Of a stretch of 22,483 nucleotides of DNA, positions 1 to 9,365 are shown piece after piece. Every line of letters starts with the position of its first letter. The first letter of the stretch is position 1. The stretch is from positions 1 through 22,483 of the forward strand of contig NW_021836771.1 of assembly GCF_006345805.1 (NCBI RefSeq), written 5' to 3'. A model generated the notes under the pieces. The model was not told where the DNA came from. It ran no database searches and was given only the letters and a program-made list of their open reading frames with translations. The DNA is from Octopus sinensis. Its lineage: Eukaryota. The position numbers and the translations under genes were made by a program.

Positions 1-200
1 CACCGCGAAATGGTCCATAAATTTCCAATGTTGGCGTAGAAGGGAGAGTGATGTAAAAGGTGATGTTATTTACACGGTATAATGATGTAATAAATATGGC
101 GGTTTTCTTTTTTTTACGGTTTTGTTTTAATAAATATATTTTCATTTCATTGGTTCCCGCGTTATGGAGGCGAATCTTCACAAATGCAATCGTTCTTCGG

Positions 201-285
201 TTTCGTATTTGTATGTATGTGTGCGTGTATGTATGAATGTATGTATGTATGTATGTATGTATGTATGTATGTATGTATGTATGTA

Positions 286-347
<62 letters not shown>

Positions 348-489
348 TGTATGTGTGTATGTATGTATGTATGTATGTATGTATGTGTGTGTGTGTATGT
401 ATGTATGTATGTATGTGTGTGTGTATGCATGTATGCATGTATGTATGTGTGTGTGTATGTATGCATGTATGTATGTATGTATGTATGTA

Positions 490-524
<35 letters not shown>

Positions 525-910
525 GAGTGTGTTGTGTGTACCTATGTGTGTGGTGTATGTATGTATATGTATGTATGTATGCATGTATGTATGTGTGTAT
601 GCATGTATGCATGTATGTATGTATGTATGTATGTATGTATGTATGTATGCATGTATGTATGTATGCATGTATGTATGTATGTATGTATGTATGTGTGTGT
701 ATGTATGTATGTATGTATGTATGTATGAATGTATGTATTTATGTATGTATGTATGTATGTATGTATGTGTGTATGTATGTATGTATGTATGTATGTATGT
801 ATGTATGTATGCATGTATGTATGTGAGTGTGTTGTGTGTACATATGTATGTGTGTGTGTCTGTGTGTGTATGTGTGTGCGTCTGTGTGTGTGTGTGCGTG
901 TGTGTGTAGT
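201..910. repeat. Compound (TATG)n/(TG)n microsatellite
   Basis: Direct tandem TATG with TG/TGCA interruptions. The interruption GTGAGTGTGTTGTGTGTAC recurs at 523 and 823. Confidence 0.97.
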
Positions 911-1008
911 CCGGTGCCAAGAAGAGAGCTATTTGATATTATGAACACGTAAACACGCCGATAAACATACATACGGTTACACAAGCATATACACATATAT
1001 GTAATTGT

Positions 1009-1123
1009 AATGCCACACACACACACATATGTATGTATGTATGGTATGTATGTATGTATGTATGTATGTATGTATGTATGTATGTGTATATATATGTATA
1101 TGTGTGTATAGATATACATACAG

Positions 1124-1166
<43 letters not shown>

Positions 1167-1248
1167 TAGATCATTGTCGTTAGTTCAAAATTTGTGTGTG
1201 TATGTTGTAGTTTTGTAACGCATCTCTCTCTCTCTCTCTCTCTCTCCC

Positions 1249-1298
<50 letters not shown>

Positions 1299-1303
1299 AT
1301 ATA

Positions 1304-1357
<54 letters not shown>
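1009..1357. repeat. Compound microsatellites (CA, TATG, GA, CT, TA)
   Basis: Seen directly: (TATG)n ~1030-1100, (GA)n ~1122-1170, (CT)n ~1222-1285, TA/TATG to 1357. Confidence 0.95.
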
Positions 1358-1360
<3 letters not shown>

Positions 1361-1605
1361 GATTGTAATTCTCAGCGAGCGACAATGGCAACAAGAAGAT
1401 TAGCAAGAAATTGTAAATTGACATTGAATGTTGTAATAATAAGATGGCTGCTGTTTCTATTGGGGTGGGGTGGAGGTGTGGACGGGACATGGTGGGGTGG
1501 GATGGACGCTTTGTCAGGAGCGTTTTCTGGTTGTTATGGTAACGGTATTTCTTTAATAGGAACCGATCAACACCGATAACAGATGTAGAATCTGACGCAC
1601 ACTCT

Positions 1606-1651
<46 letters not shown>

Positions 1652-1819
1652 CACATATTCTTCAGTAAACCGATTTACGGCCTTAAATGTACGTAGCTAG
1701 GGCGTGTATATATAGAAACAGACAATATTATACACACATATATGTAAATAAACCCTTATATATGTATATATATATATATATACACATGGTTTATATATAT
1801 ATATATATATATATAATAA

Positions 1820-2168
1820 TCTGGCCCAGTGGTTAGGGCAGCGGATTCGCGGTCGTAGGATCGCAGTTTCGATTCCCTGACCGGGCGTTGTGAGTGTTTA
1901 TTGAGCGAAAACTCCTAAAGCTCCACTTGGCTCCGGCGGGGGGTCGTTGCGAACCCTGCTTTACTATTTCATCACAACTTTCTCTCACATTTTCTTACAG
2001 TTTCTGCTGGACCTGTATTTCAAAGGGCCAGCCTTGTCACACTCTGTGTCATGTTGAATCTCCCGAGAACTACGTAAAGGGTACACTTGCACTTTAATTT
2101 GACGAACAAGCTGCTGCGTTCATCAGATCAAATGGAACCTTTGTCGTCGTAACCGACGGAGTGCCACA
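1820..2168 (+). mobile_element. tRNA-derived SINE, family 1 (near full length)
   Basis: A-box TGGCCCAGTGG (1822-1832) and B-box GTTTCGATTCC (1866-1876) at tRNA spacing. The 3' end GGAACC..TCGTCGTAACCGACGGAGTGCCAC recurs as a reverse complement at 13669-13702. Flanked by (TA)n. Confidence 0.85.
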
Positions 2169-2169
2169 A

Positions 2170-2214
<45 letters not shown>

Positions 2215-2236
2215 TGTATGTATGTATATATGTCAA

Positions 2237-2568
2237 GGTGCATGGCTCAGTAGTTAGAACGTCGAGCTTACGATCGTGAGGTTGTGAGGTCGAATCCCGG
2301 ACCTGGCTGCGTGTTGTGTTCTTGAGCAAGACACTTTATTTCACGTTGCTCCAGTTCACTCAGTTGTAGAAATGAGTTCTGACGTCACAGGTGCCAAGCT
2401 GTATTGGCCTGTGTCTTTCCCTTGGACAACATCAGTGGCGTGGAGAGGGGAGGCCGGTATGCATGGGCGACTGCTGGTCTTCCATAAACAACCTTGCCCG
2501 GACTTGTGCCTGGGAGGGTAACTTTCTAGGTGCAATCACATGGTCTATGTCGTGACCGAAGGGCTCTC
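2237..2568 (+). mobile_element. tRNA-derived CORE-like SINE, family 2
   Basis: A-box TGGCTCAGTAG (2243-2253) and B-box GGTCGAATCCC (2288-2298). These are followed by GTGTTCTTGAGCAAGACACTT...CAGTTGTAGAAATGAG, which resembles the CORE domain (MIR-type GACCTTGGGCAAGTCACTT...CTGTAAAATGG). Confidence 0.85.
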
Positions 2569-2569
2569 A

Positions 2570-2605
<36 letters not shown>

Positions 2606-2659
2606 CATGTGTGCGTGTGTGTGTTTGTGTGTGTGTGTGTGTGAGTGTGTGTGTGTAAA

Positions 2660-3070
2660 TGTAATATGTGACAATTATTCGGTAGCCATGATAAAACTTC
2701 GAGTTTCGGATGTTGCGGTGGAAATCCACGCCCCCATCTCTTCAGTTATCCGTTAAACAAAGAGAAATTTGTATGTGGACACAATATAGAGAGCAAGTCC
2801 TATCTGTAATTTCGGGGGAACCAAAAATGTAGCAAATATTTAGCCACGTATGGGCATGATTCGAAAAGTTCAGTTCTTGAATTCAGACATGTAGAGGGGT
2901 CTAAGCTGCTTTTCCAGATGAGCCATCTTTCCATATCACAAAGACCGCACTTTCCACTGTTTCCTTCTGTGTTCTTTTCTAGGCTCGAAACGTTAAAGAC
3001 TTTTTCACTTCCCGAGCATTAAACTAATACATCTGTTTGTTGTCTACACCACCTGTCTTCGTCTCTTGAT
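2660..3070. mobile_element. Probable Penelope-like element terminal (pLTR) remnants
   Basis: Contains a - strand hammerhead (2690-2750) and a + strand half-hammerhead GCTCGAAACGTTAAAGA (~2983-2999). No ORF recognised. Assignment inferred from the known association of minimal hammerheads with PLE pLTRs. Confidence 0.45.
2690..2750 (-). ncRNA. Minimal type-I hammerhead ribozyme, stem II base irregular
   Basis: Minus strand reads GAUAA-CUGAAGA-GAUG..(GUGG AUUU CCAC)..CAUC-C-GAA-AC-UCGAA-GU-U/UUAUC. Stem I is 5 bp (GAUAA/UUAUC), the CUGANGA and GAAA cores are intact, and the triplet is GUU. There is one extra C before GAAA. Confidence 0.6.
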
Positions 3071-3089
3071 TTTTTTTTATGAATTATCC

Positions 3090-3201
3090 CTATATATATA
3101 TATATATACATCCATACACACTCACACACACGCATGCATACATACATGCAAGCATACACACATACATACATACATACATACATACATACATAATACATAC
3201 G

Positions 3202-3270
<69 letters not shown>

Positions 3271-3565
3271 GTACTATAAACTGAGTTAGTAGCCACACAG
3301 AGACGTAAATAACTACACCCATCCACTTATACACACACATACATGCACACACATATCCACACATACACATATATATACACACATACGCATACATACATAC
3401 GCACGTACACACTCATACACACACATACACACAAGCATACACACATACATACATACGTACACACACATACACACACGCACACATATACATATACACACAT
3501 ATATACACACACATGCATACACACATATATACACGTACACATACACACACGCACGCACACATACA
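3090..3565. repeat. (TA)n/(TACA)n/(CA)n compound microsatellite
   Basis: Seen directly, with a short unique interruption at ~3270-3325. Confidence 0.95.
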
Positions 3566-3679
3566 CAGAAAATGTTGCGCATTAGCCACGTATTCCTTCC
3601 CTTGTACATAACAATCTTTTAAAAAAAAGTTAAAAAAGACAAAGCAATAACAATCAACAAAGAACAAAGCAGGATTACA

Positions 3680-3743
3680 ACAATAATAATAATAATAATA
3701 ATAATAATAAGAAAAAAAAGAAGAAGAAGAAGAAATAATAACA

Positions 3744-3776
<33 letters not shown>

Positions 3777-3816
3777 AATATAATAATAATATAATAATAA
3801 TAATAATAATAATAAT

Positions 3817-3847
<31 letters not shown>

Positions 3848-3912
3848 TTAATAATAATAATCAATACTAATAATATAATAATATAATAAAATATAATAAT
3901 AATAATAATAAG

Positions 3913-3948
<36 letters not shown>

Positions 3949-4167
3949 CAATAATAATAATAACAATAATAATAATAATAACAATAATAATAATAATAAT
4001 ATATAATAACATAATAATAATAATAAAAAATAATAATAATAATAATAATATAATAATAATAATCATATAATAATAACAAATAATAATATAATAATAATAA
4101 TAATAATAACAATATAATAATAATAATAATAATAATAACAATAAATAATAATAATAATAATAATAAC

Positions 4168-4208
<41 letters not shown>

Positions 4209-4383
4209 TAATAATAATAATACAATAATAATAATAATAACAATAATAATAATAATAATAATAACAATAATAATAATATAATAATATAATAATAATAATA
4301 ATAATAATAATAAAATAATAACAATAATAATATAATATAATAATAATAAATAATAATAATAATAATATAATAATAATAATAAC

Positions 4384-4429
<46 letters not shown>

Positions 4430-4430
4430 G
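3680..4430. repeat. ~750-bp (AAT)n microsatellite
   Basis: Seen directly, with occasional AAC and 1-base slips. Confidence 0.98.
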
Positions 4431-4519
4431 TGAAGCCATTATTTAATGTTACATGAGTTAAATATTTCTTAGAAAATCTCTATTCTGTCGTTTATTGCAA
4501 ATCATTACAATAAATTTAT

Positions 4520-4647
4520 ATATATACACGCGCGCGTGTATGTGTGTGTAAACGTGTATATATATGCATATATAATTATACACACACACATATATTTATG
4601 TATGCATATATATCCATATAATGTGTGTATTAATCTATCTATCGTTT

Positions 4648-4687
<40 letters not shown>

Positions 4688-4689
4688 GA

Positions 4690-4725
<36 letters not shown>

Positions 4726-4818
4726 CTTCTAAGTGTATATATGCATATACATACATGCTGTGTGTATGCCTATATATATATATATAATATATATATAATA
4801 TAATATATATATTTATAT

Positions 4819-4856
<38 letters not shown>

Positions 4857-4950
4857 CTAAGTGTATATATGCATATACATACATCTGTGTGTATGCCTAT
4901 ATTATACCTATATATTATATATATATAGAGATATATAATATATATTTCCA
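4520..4950. repeat. TA/GA microsatellite block with a two-copy ~128-bp unit
   Basis: (GA)n-GACTTCTAAGTGTATATATGCATATACATACAT..TGTGTATGCCTATA occurs at 4724 and 4852. Confidence 0.9.
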
Positions 4951-5129
4951 GGTATATATTTCTTGTATTTGGCTGTTCTATAGTTTTCGGAATTCCCCTA
5001 CCCCCACCCACCCCTCATCCATTTGATAATTCCATTCTCTCCGTAGCAGTTCTTACCGTTTGCTCCTCTTGGAAGAGAAAAATTATATTACGTCACATTT
5101 CATAACTTGTGGAGGCGACGGCGGGGGTG

Positions 5130-5222
5130 TTGGTGATGATGATGGTGGTGGTTGTGGTGGTGGTGGTGCTGGTGGTGCTGGTGGTGCTGGTGGTGGTGAT
5201 GATGATGATGATGATGATGATA

Positions 5223-5278
<56 letters not shown>

Positions 5279-5345
5279 GGTGGTGGTGATGATGATGATG
5301 ATGATGATAATGATGATGATGATGATGATGATGATAATGATGGTG

Positions 5346-5377
<32 letters not shown>

Positions 5378-5415
5378 GATGGTGATGATGAGAATGATGA
5401 TGGTGGTGATGCTGA
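5130..5415. repeat. (GGT)n/(GAT)n trinucleotide array
   Basis: Seen directly. It explains the poly-D, poly-G, poly-M and poly-V ORFs. Confidence 0.95.
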
Positions 5416-5473
5416 TTAGTGTGGTGGCAGTGTTGTTGTAATGGTGATTGCTGCTCATAATTGAAGTGTTAAT

Positions 5474-5523
<50 letters not shown>

Positions 5524-5613
5524 GTGAGAGAGAGAGAGAGAGGATGATATCTTCAAGTCGAAATCCTGATCTTAATGTGCTTGTAACAAAATGGGGTCTA
5601 CTAAAGTTACTCA

Positions 5614-5768
5614 ACACGCCCTGGTTTTCAAATAATACAGTTAACATGAGAGGTGGCGTAATATCATCGAAAGACAGACTTTTTTTCCACATCCTATATA
5701 AACTTGGTGACAGTTTAAGTCTGCCATCCAAGCAATTAAGACTACAACCCCAAGATTTTCTCGAGCAC
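5614..5768 (+). mobile_element. Decayed LINE APE-endonuclease fragment (copy 2)
   Basis: 5614-5661 matches the reverse complement of 6728-6775 at 42/48 nt and translates TPWFSNNTVNMRG. Cut off at 3' by a - strand SINE at ~5770. Confidence 0.65.
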
Positions 5769-5769
5769 T

Positions 5770-5916
5770 CTTTACTCTTTTACTCTTTTACTTGTTTCAG
5801 TCATTTGACTGCGGCCATGCTGGAGCACCGCCTTTAGTCGAGCAAATCGACCCCGGGACTTATTCTTTGTAAGCCCAGTACTTATTCTATCGGGCTCTTT
5901 TTGCCGAACCGCTAAG
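5770..5916 (-). mobile_element. SINE family 3, 3' fragment
   Basis: Reverse complement of the 3' half of the copy at 21386-21755 (GCGGTGC.CCAGCATGGCCGCAGTC..TGAC.GAA), ending in short AGTAAAAG repeats. Confidence 0.85.
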
Positions 5917-6554
5917 TGTTTATTTTTTTTTTTTTGGTGTTTGAAACAAAAAAGCGGTCAGACTGTAGCAATATTGTAATTTACGTTATGCGTTCTTCTT
6001 TTTCTTTATTAACTTTTCGATATTTGATTTTCAAGAATACCTGATAGGGACAATTATTTGTTGTTGCAGTGTAAGTATATTATTTGATGTTCTTATTATG
6101 ACATAGTATGGTAGGCGTGGTTGTTTCGTTTTCTGTTTAAACTACTAATTTACTCTGCGTAAACAATATTCTGCTGTTAGTTACGCTGTTTATCTTGGAT
6201 ACATTATTTGCCAATTTTCTGTTCTTTTTTTTCAGTGTTTTATTGTTTTTTGTTTGTTCTTTGTTTTGTGCTTAGTTTTATTTCGTTTTTGCATAGTTTT
6301 GTGTTTGAGATTGGCTCTGGTTTTTATAAGGTTAGTTTGTAAATGTTTTTTTATTGCCTTTTGGGATGTTTTTTCTACGATGTACCTATAATTATTTTTC
6401 TTGAATGTATGTACTACATTCAACAACAATGGTGGTTGTGGTGTTGTCTAATTCAATTTATTTGCTTTTGTTTTAGTTGGAAATCGTACCATTGTTTAAT
6501 TTTCATGTTTGTAAACGTGTTTTTTTTTTTATTGTGATGAAAGGTGAAGTGGCT

Positions 6555-6812
6555 GTGTTGTGATGAAAGGTGAAGCGAAGAAAGGTTAGGATTTGTTTGC
6601 CAAGTGACTGTGGTAGTTAGGTGTAAGGAGCAGAAGGTAATACTCGAGGAACACTTGTAGTTGGTTTGGTCAAGTTTGTATCGCTGTTGATTACTTGCGG
6701 GGGTTGGGGGTCTATGTTTCTATAATTTTACATCACCTCTCATGTTATCTGTATTATTTGTAAACCAAGGCATGTCGTATGCGTTGAAGTCTTCTCCAAT
6801 TACTATGTTTTG
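6555..6812 (-). mobile_element. Decayed non-LTR retrotransposon APE-endonuclease C-terminal fragment
   Basis: Hand translation of - strand 6809 down gives NIVIGEDFNAYDMPWFTNNTDNMRG (GDFNAH..W motif). After a stop and frameshift it gives SSSITFCSLHLTTTVTWQTNPNLSSLHL (the DIT..W...SDH block of LINE APE domains). Confidence 0.75.
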
Positions 6813-6860
6813 CGAGAGTGTTAATGTGTTATATCTGGTGGAGGTGACTTGGAGGGATTA

Positions 6861-6945
6861 GTTTGGTAGAATCGTTAGAACGTCGGACAAAATAGTTCGT
6901 GGCATTTCTTTCGGCTCTTTACATACTGAGTTCAAATCCCGCCGT
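6861..6945 (+). mobile_element. SINE family 4, degenerate 5' head
   Basis: TGGTAGAATCGTTAG..CGGACAAAAT..CTGAGTTCAAATCCCGCC matches the heads at 8505, 9115 and 9540. Confidence 0.75.
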
Positions 6946-7229
6946 TATCAACTACCAATCACGCTTCCTCACAGAACTGCTGGTTGTGTGAGAAAATCAG
7001 AAACAGTTATGTAAAGGTATTTAGTGTTCTGGGCTTTTATTTATTTTCAGACATTGCTTTTCCAGTGTTGCGTGATCATATCTCGAATATTGTTATGTTT
7101 GTAATTCTTCAAAACTGCAGTATTTTTGTCCCTGTATTCTTAATACATCTGTCGTTTCTCTTCTGTCTTATGTCTGATCTGTCTTATGTCTGTTATGTTC
7201 AGTCTTATGTCCACATATATATTGTGCGG

Positions 7230-8040
7230 TCTCATTAAATCTGTCCCGGCATCACATAGCAACTCATCTGCAACGCAGTCAAAGCTTTGGTGAAGTATGC
7301 ATACACTGAAGCGGGCGCATTCTTTTGCTTGGTATCAATTCAATTAATTAAATAGAAAACTGTAACAAATAATCCGAAGAATCCGTATCGTATCTGCCAT
7401 CCAAATAAGGAATTTACACGTATCAGAGTATGGAAAGATATTAAATTAAACTTCTTAGAAAAACTCATGAATATAAATTTATAAATTTGGATTTCTTCAC
7501 AAAGATTTTTCGGTGAGTAATCTGAAGCAAGTGTATTGATAAGAAAATTACACACTATTTAGAAGTAAGAATCTTTGAAGACAAGAATCTAAGAAAGCGA
7601 ACCGGAGTGAAAGTATATAAGGCTTCTGCTGGAATAATGCTTCTGAATTAAAGTTAAATATCAATCTCTTACAACAGATACATCAAAGTTGTTGGTAATT
7701 TCCATAAAATTCCGAATGTTTCCATTGAAGACAATTGAGCAAACCTCAATGCATTTGAAGCAGAAATTCCCTGTAATATTGGATGAAGAACTCGTTTTCG
7801 TGACCGAAGACTAATTTAAGCTCCTATTGACGAGGTTTTCCATATGTGTTCTTTCAATCAAGTAATCTATTCTTTAGATAAATTACATATAAACACCGGT
7901 AGCTGAATAACACTTCGAAAGATTAAGTCTGCGCTATCTTCAGGCCATAATTATTCTACATTAAGCGGAGGAAACAGAAACACGAGGAAGACGAGAAAAA
8001 CGAACCAACCAGAGATTCAGAGAAGGAACTTTAAGGATGG
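7230..8040 (+). mobile_element. Decayed RTE-clade LINE, 3' part of ORF (post-RT region)
   Basis: One frame from ~7535 reads IDKKITHYLEVRIFEDKNLRKRTGVKVYKASAGIMLLN*S*ISISYNRYIKVVGNFHK and, at 7949-7999, NYSTLSGGNRNTRKTRK. These match RTE blocks ID.EI.HR / RVF.D..L...TK..VYKA....LLYGSE.W..Y.RH...LE.FH / LYS.L..G.R..G..KR. Multiple stops. The 5' boundary is approximate. Confidence 0.75.
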
Positions 8041-8154
8041 TAAGTCACCTTAGAAGTAGTCACGACATCTATATCTGCGGTGGTATCTGCAGTGTCAGCA
8101 CATCTGTTATGTTATTACAACTGAACTGTAATTACTACTGAACAATAGTGACGT

Positions 8155-8268
8155 GGGCGCGTGGACTAGCGGTTAGGGTGTTGAATCCATGATCGTGAGA
8201 TCGTAATTTCGATTCCAGACCGAGCTGTGCGTTATGTTCTTGAGCTAAAGAATTAATCTCACTTGCAC
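8155..8268 (+). mobile_element. SINE family 1/2-type tRNA head, 3' truncated
   Basis: A-box TGGACTAGCGG, degenerate B-box ATTTCGATTCC, then GTTATGTTCTTGAGC (start of the CORE-like block). Confidence 0.65.
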
Positions 8269-8303
8269 TTTACAACGTGCACTTGTAAAGACAATATTGA
8301 TTT

Positions 8304-8495
8304 CTTAGCACGCCGGACAAATTGTTTAGTGACATTTCGTTCGCCTTCACGTTCTGAGTTCAAATTCCGCCGAGGTCGGCTTTGCCTTTTATCCTTTCGG
8401 GATCGATAAAATAAGTAGCAGCCATGTACTTAGGTCGATGTAATCGATTTCCCCTTCCTTCAATAAATGCTGGCCCAGAGCCAAAACCTGAAGCT
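8304..8495 (+). mobile_element. SINE family 4, older copy
   Basis: TTAGCACGCCGGACAAA..GTTCTGAGTTCAAATTCCGCCGAGGTCG.CTTTGCCTTT..CCTTTCGG body shared with neighbouring copies. Confidence 0.85.
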
Positions 8496-8504
8496 ATTAT
8501 TACT

Positions 8505-8705
8505 AAGGCGGCAAGTTGGCCGAATCGTTAGCACGCCGGGCAAAATGCTTAGCGGCATTTCGCCCATTTTTACATTCCGAGATCAAATTCCGCCGAGGTC
8601 GACTTTGCTTTTCATCCTTTCGGAATCAACAAAATAAGTACAAGCTGAGCACCAGGATCTATGTAATTGACGAGTCCAATCCAGGCCTTTGTCTATAGTA
8701 TAAAA
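8505..8705 (+). mobile_element. SINE family 4, older copy with (TTA)n tail
   Basis: Head AAGGCGGCAAGTTGGCCGAATCGTTAGCACGCC, shared body, and 3' CAGGCCTTTGTCTATAGTATAAAA running into (TTA)n. Confidence 0.85.
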
Positions 8706-8752
8706 CATTATTATTATTATTATTATTATTATCATTATTATTATAATTATTA

Positions 8753-8802
<50 letters not shown>

Positions 8803-8836
8803 TTATTATTATTATATTATTATTATTATTATCATT

Positions 8837-8904
<68 letters not shown>

Positions 8905-8935
8905 ACTTGCAAGAATTATTATTATCATTGTTATT
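8706..8935. repeat. (TTA)n/(TCATTA)n tract, probably an expanded SINE tail
   Basis: Seen directly, immediately 3' of the 8505-8705 copy. Confidence 0.92.
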
Positions 8936-8936
8936 C

Positions 8937-9114
8937 AGGCAGCGAGCTGGCGGGTTCGTTAGGGCCTCGGACAAAATGCTTAGCGGAATTTTATTCGGAT
9001 GAAGTCAAATATCTCCGAGCTCGATTTTTGTCTTTTCATTGTTTCGGAGTCGATATAAATAAACTGACCCCTTCTCTCTGAAATTGCTGGCCATGTGCCA
9101 AAATTTGGAACCAA
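8937..9114 (+). mobile_element. SINE family 4, degenerate copy
   Basis: Head AGGCAGCGAGCTGGC..CGTTAG, degenerate body, and 3' AAATTGCTGGCCATGTGCCAAAATTTGGAACC. Confidence 0.75.
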
Positions 9115-9335
9115 AGGCAACGAGCTGGCAGAATCGCTAGCGCTTAGCGCGTCGAACAAAATGCTTTGCAGGATTTCATCTGACACATTATGTTCTGTGC
9201 TCAAATTCCGCCGAGGTCGACTTTGCCTTTCCTTCCTTTGAAGTATGATAAAATAAATACCAGTCATGCACTGGGATCGACGTTATCGACTAGCCCCGCC
9301 CTTCAAGATTCAAGCCTATGCCTGTTATATGAAAG
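9115..9335 (+). mobile_element. SINE family 4, older copy
   Basis: Head AGGCAACGAGCTGGCAGAATCG, CAAATTCCGCCGAGGTCGACTTTGCC body, ATT-rich end. Confidence 0.85.
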
Positions 9336-9365
9336 ATTATCTTTATTATTATTAAAGAGGTGGAG

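Noticed and set aside
1-145. Minus-strand open frame MKIYLLKQNRKKKKTAIFITSLYRVNNITFYITLPSTPTLEIYGPFRG running off the window
   Set aside because: Short, AT-rich, no recognisable motif, and expected by chance.
1820-2300. tRNA-like sequences at 1820, 2237, 8155, 17806 and 21386 as tRNA genes
   Set aside because: No clean cloverleaf or T-run terminator, and they continue into repeat bodies or are truncated heads, so they are called SINEs.
5109-5419. Acidic or Gly-rich low-complexity exon
   Set aside because: Pure GAT/GGT array open in multiple frames, mirrored by a similar array at 20423-20616, with no flanking splice pair.
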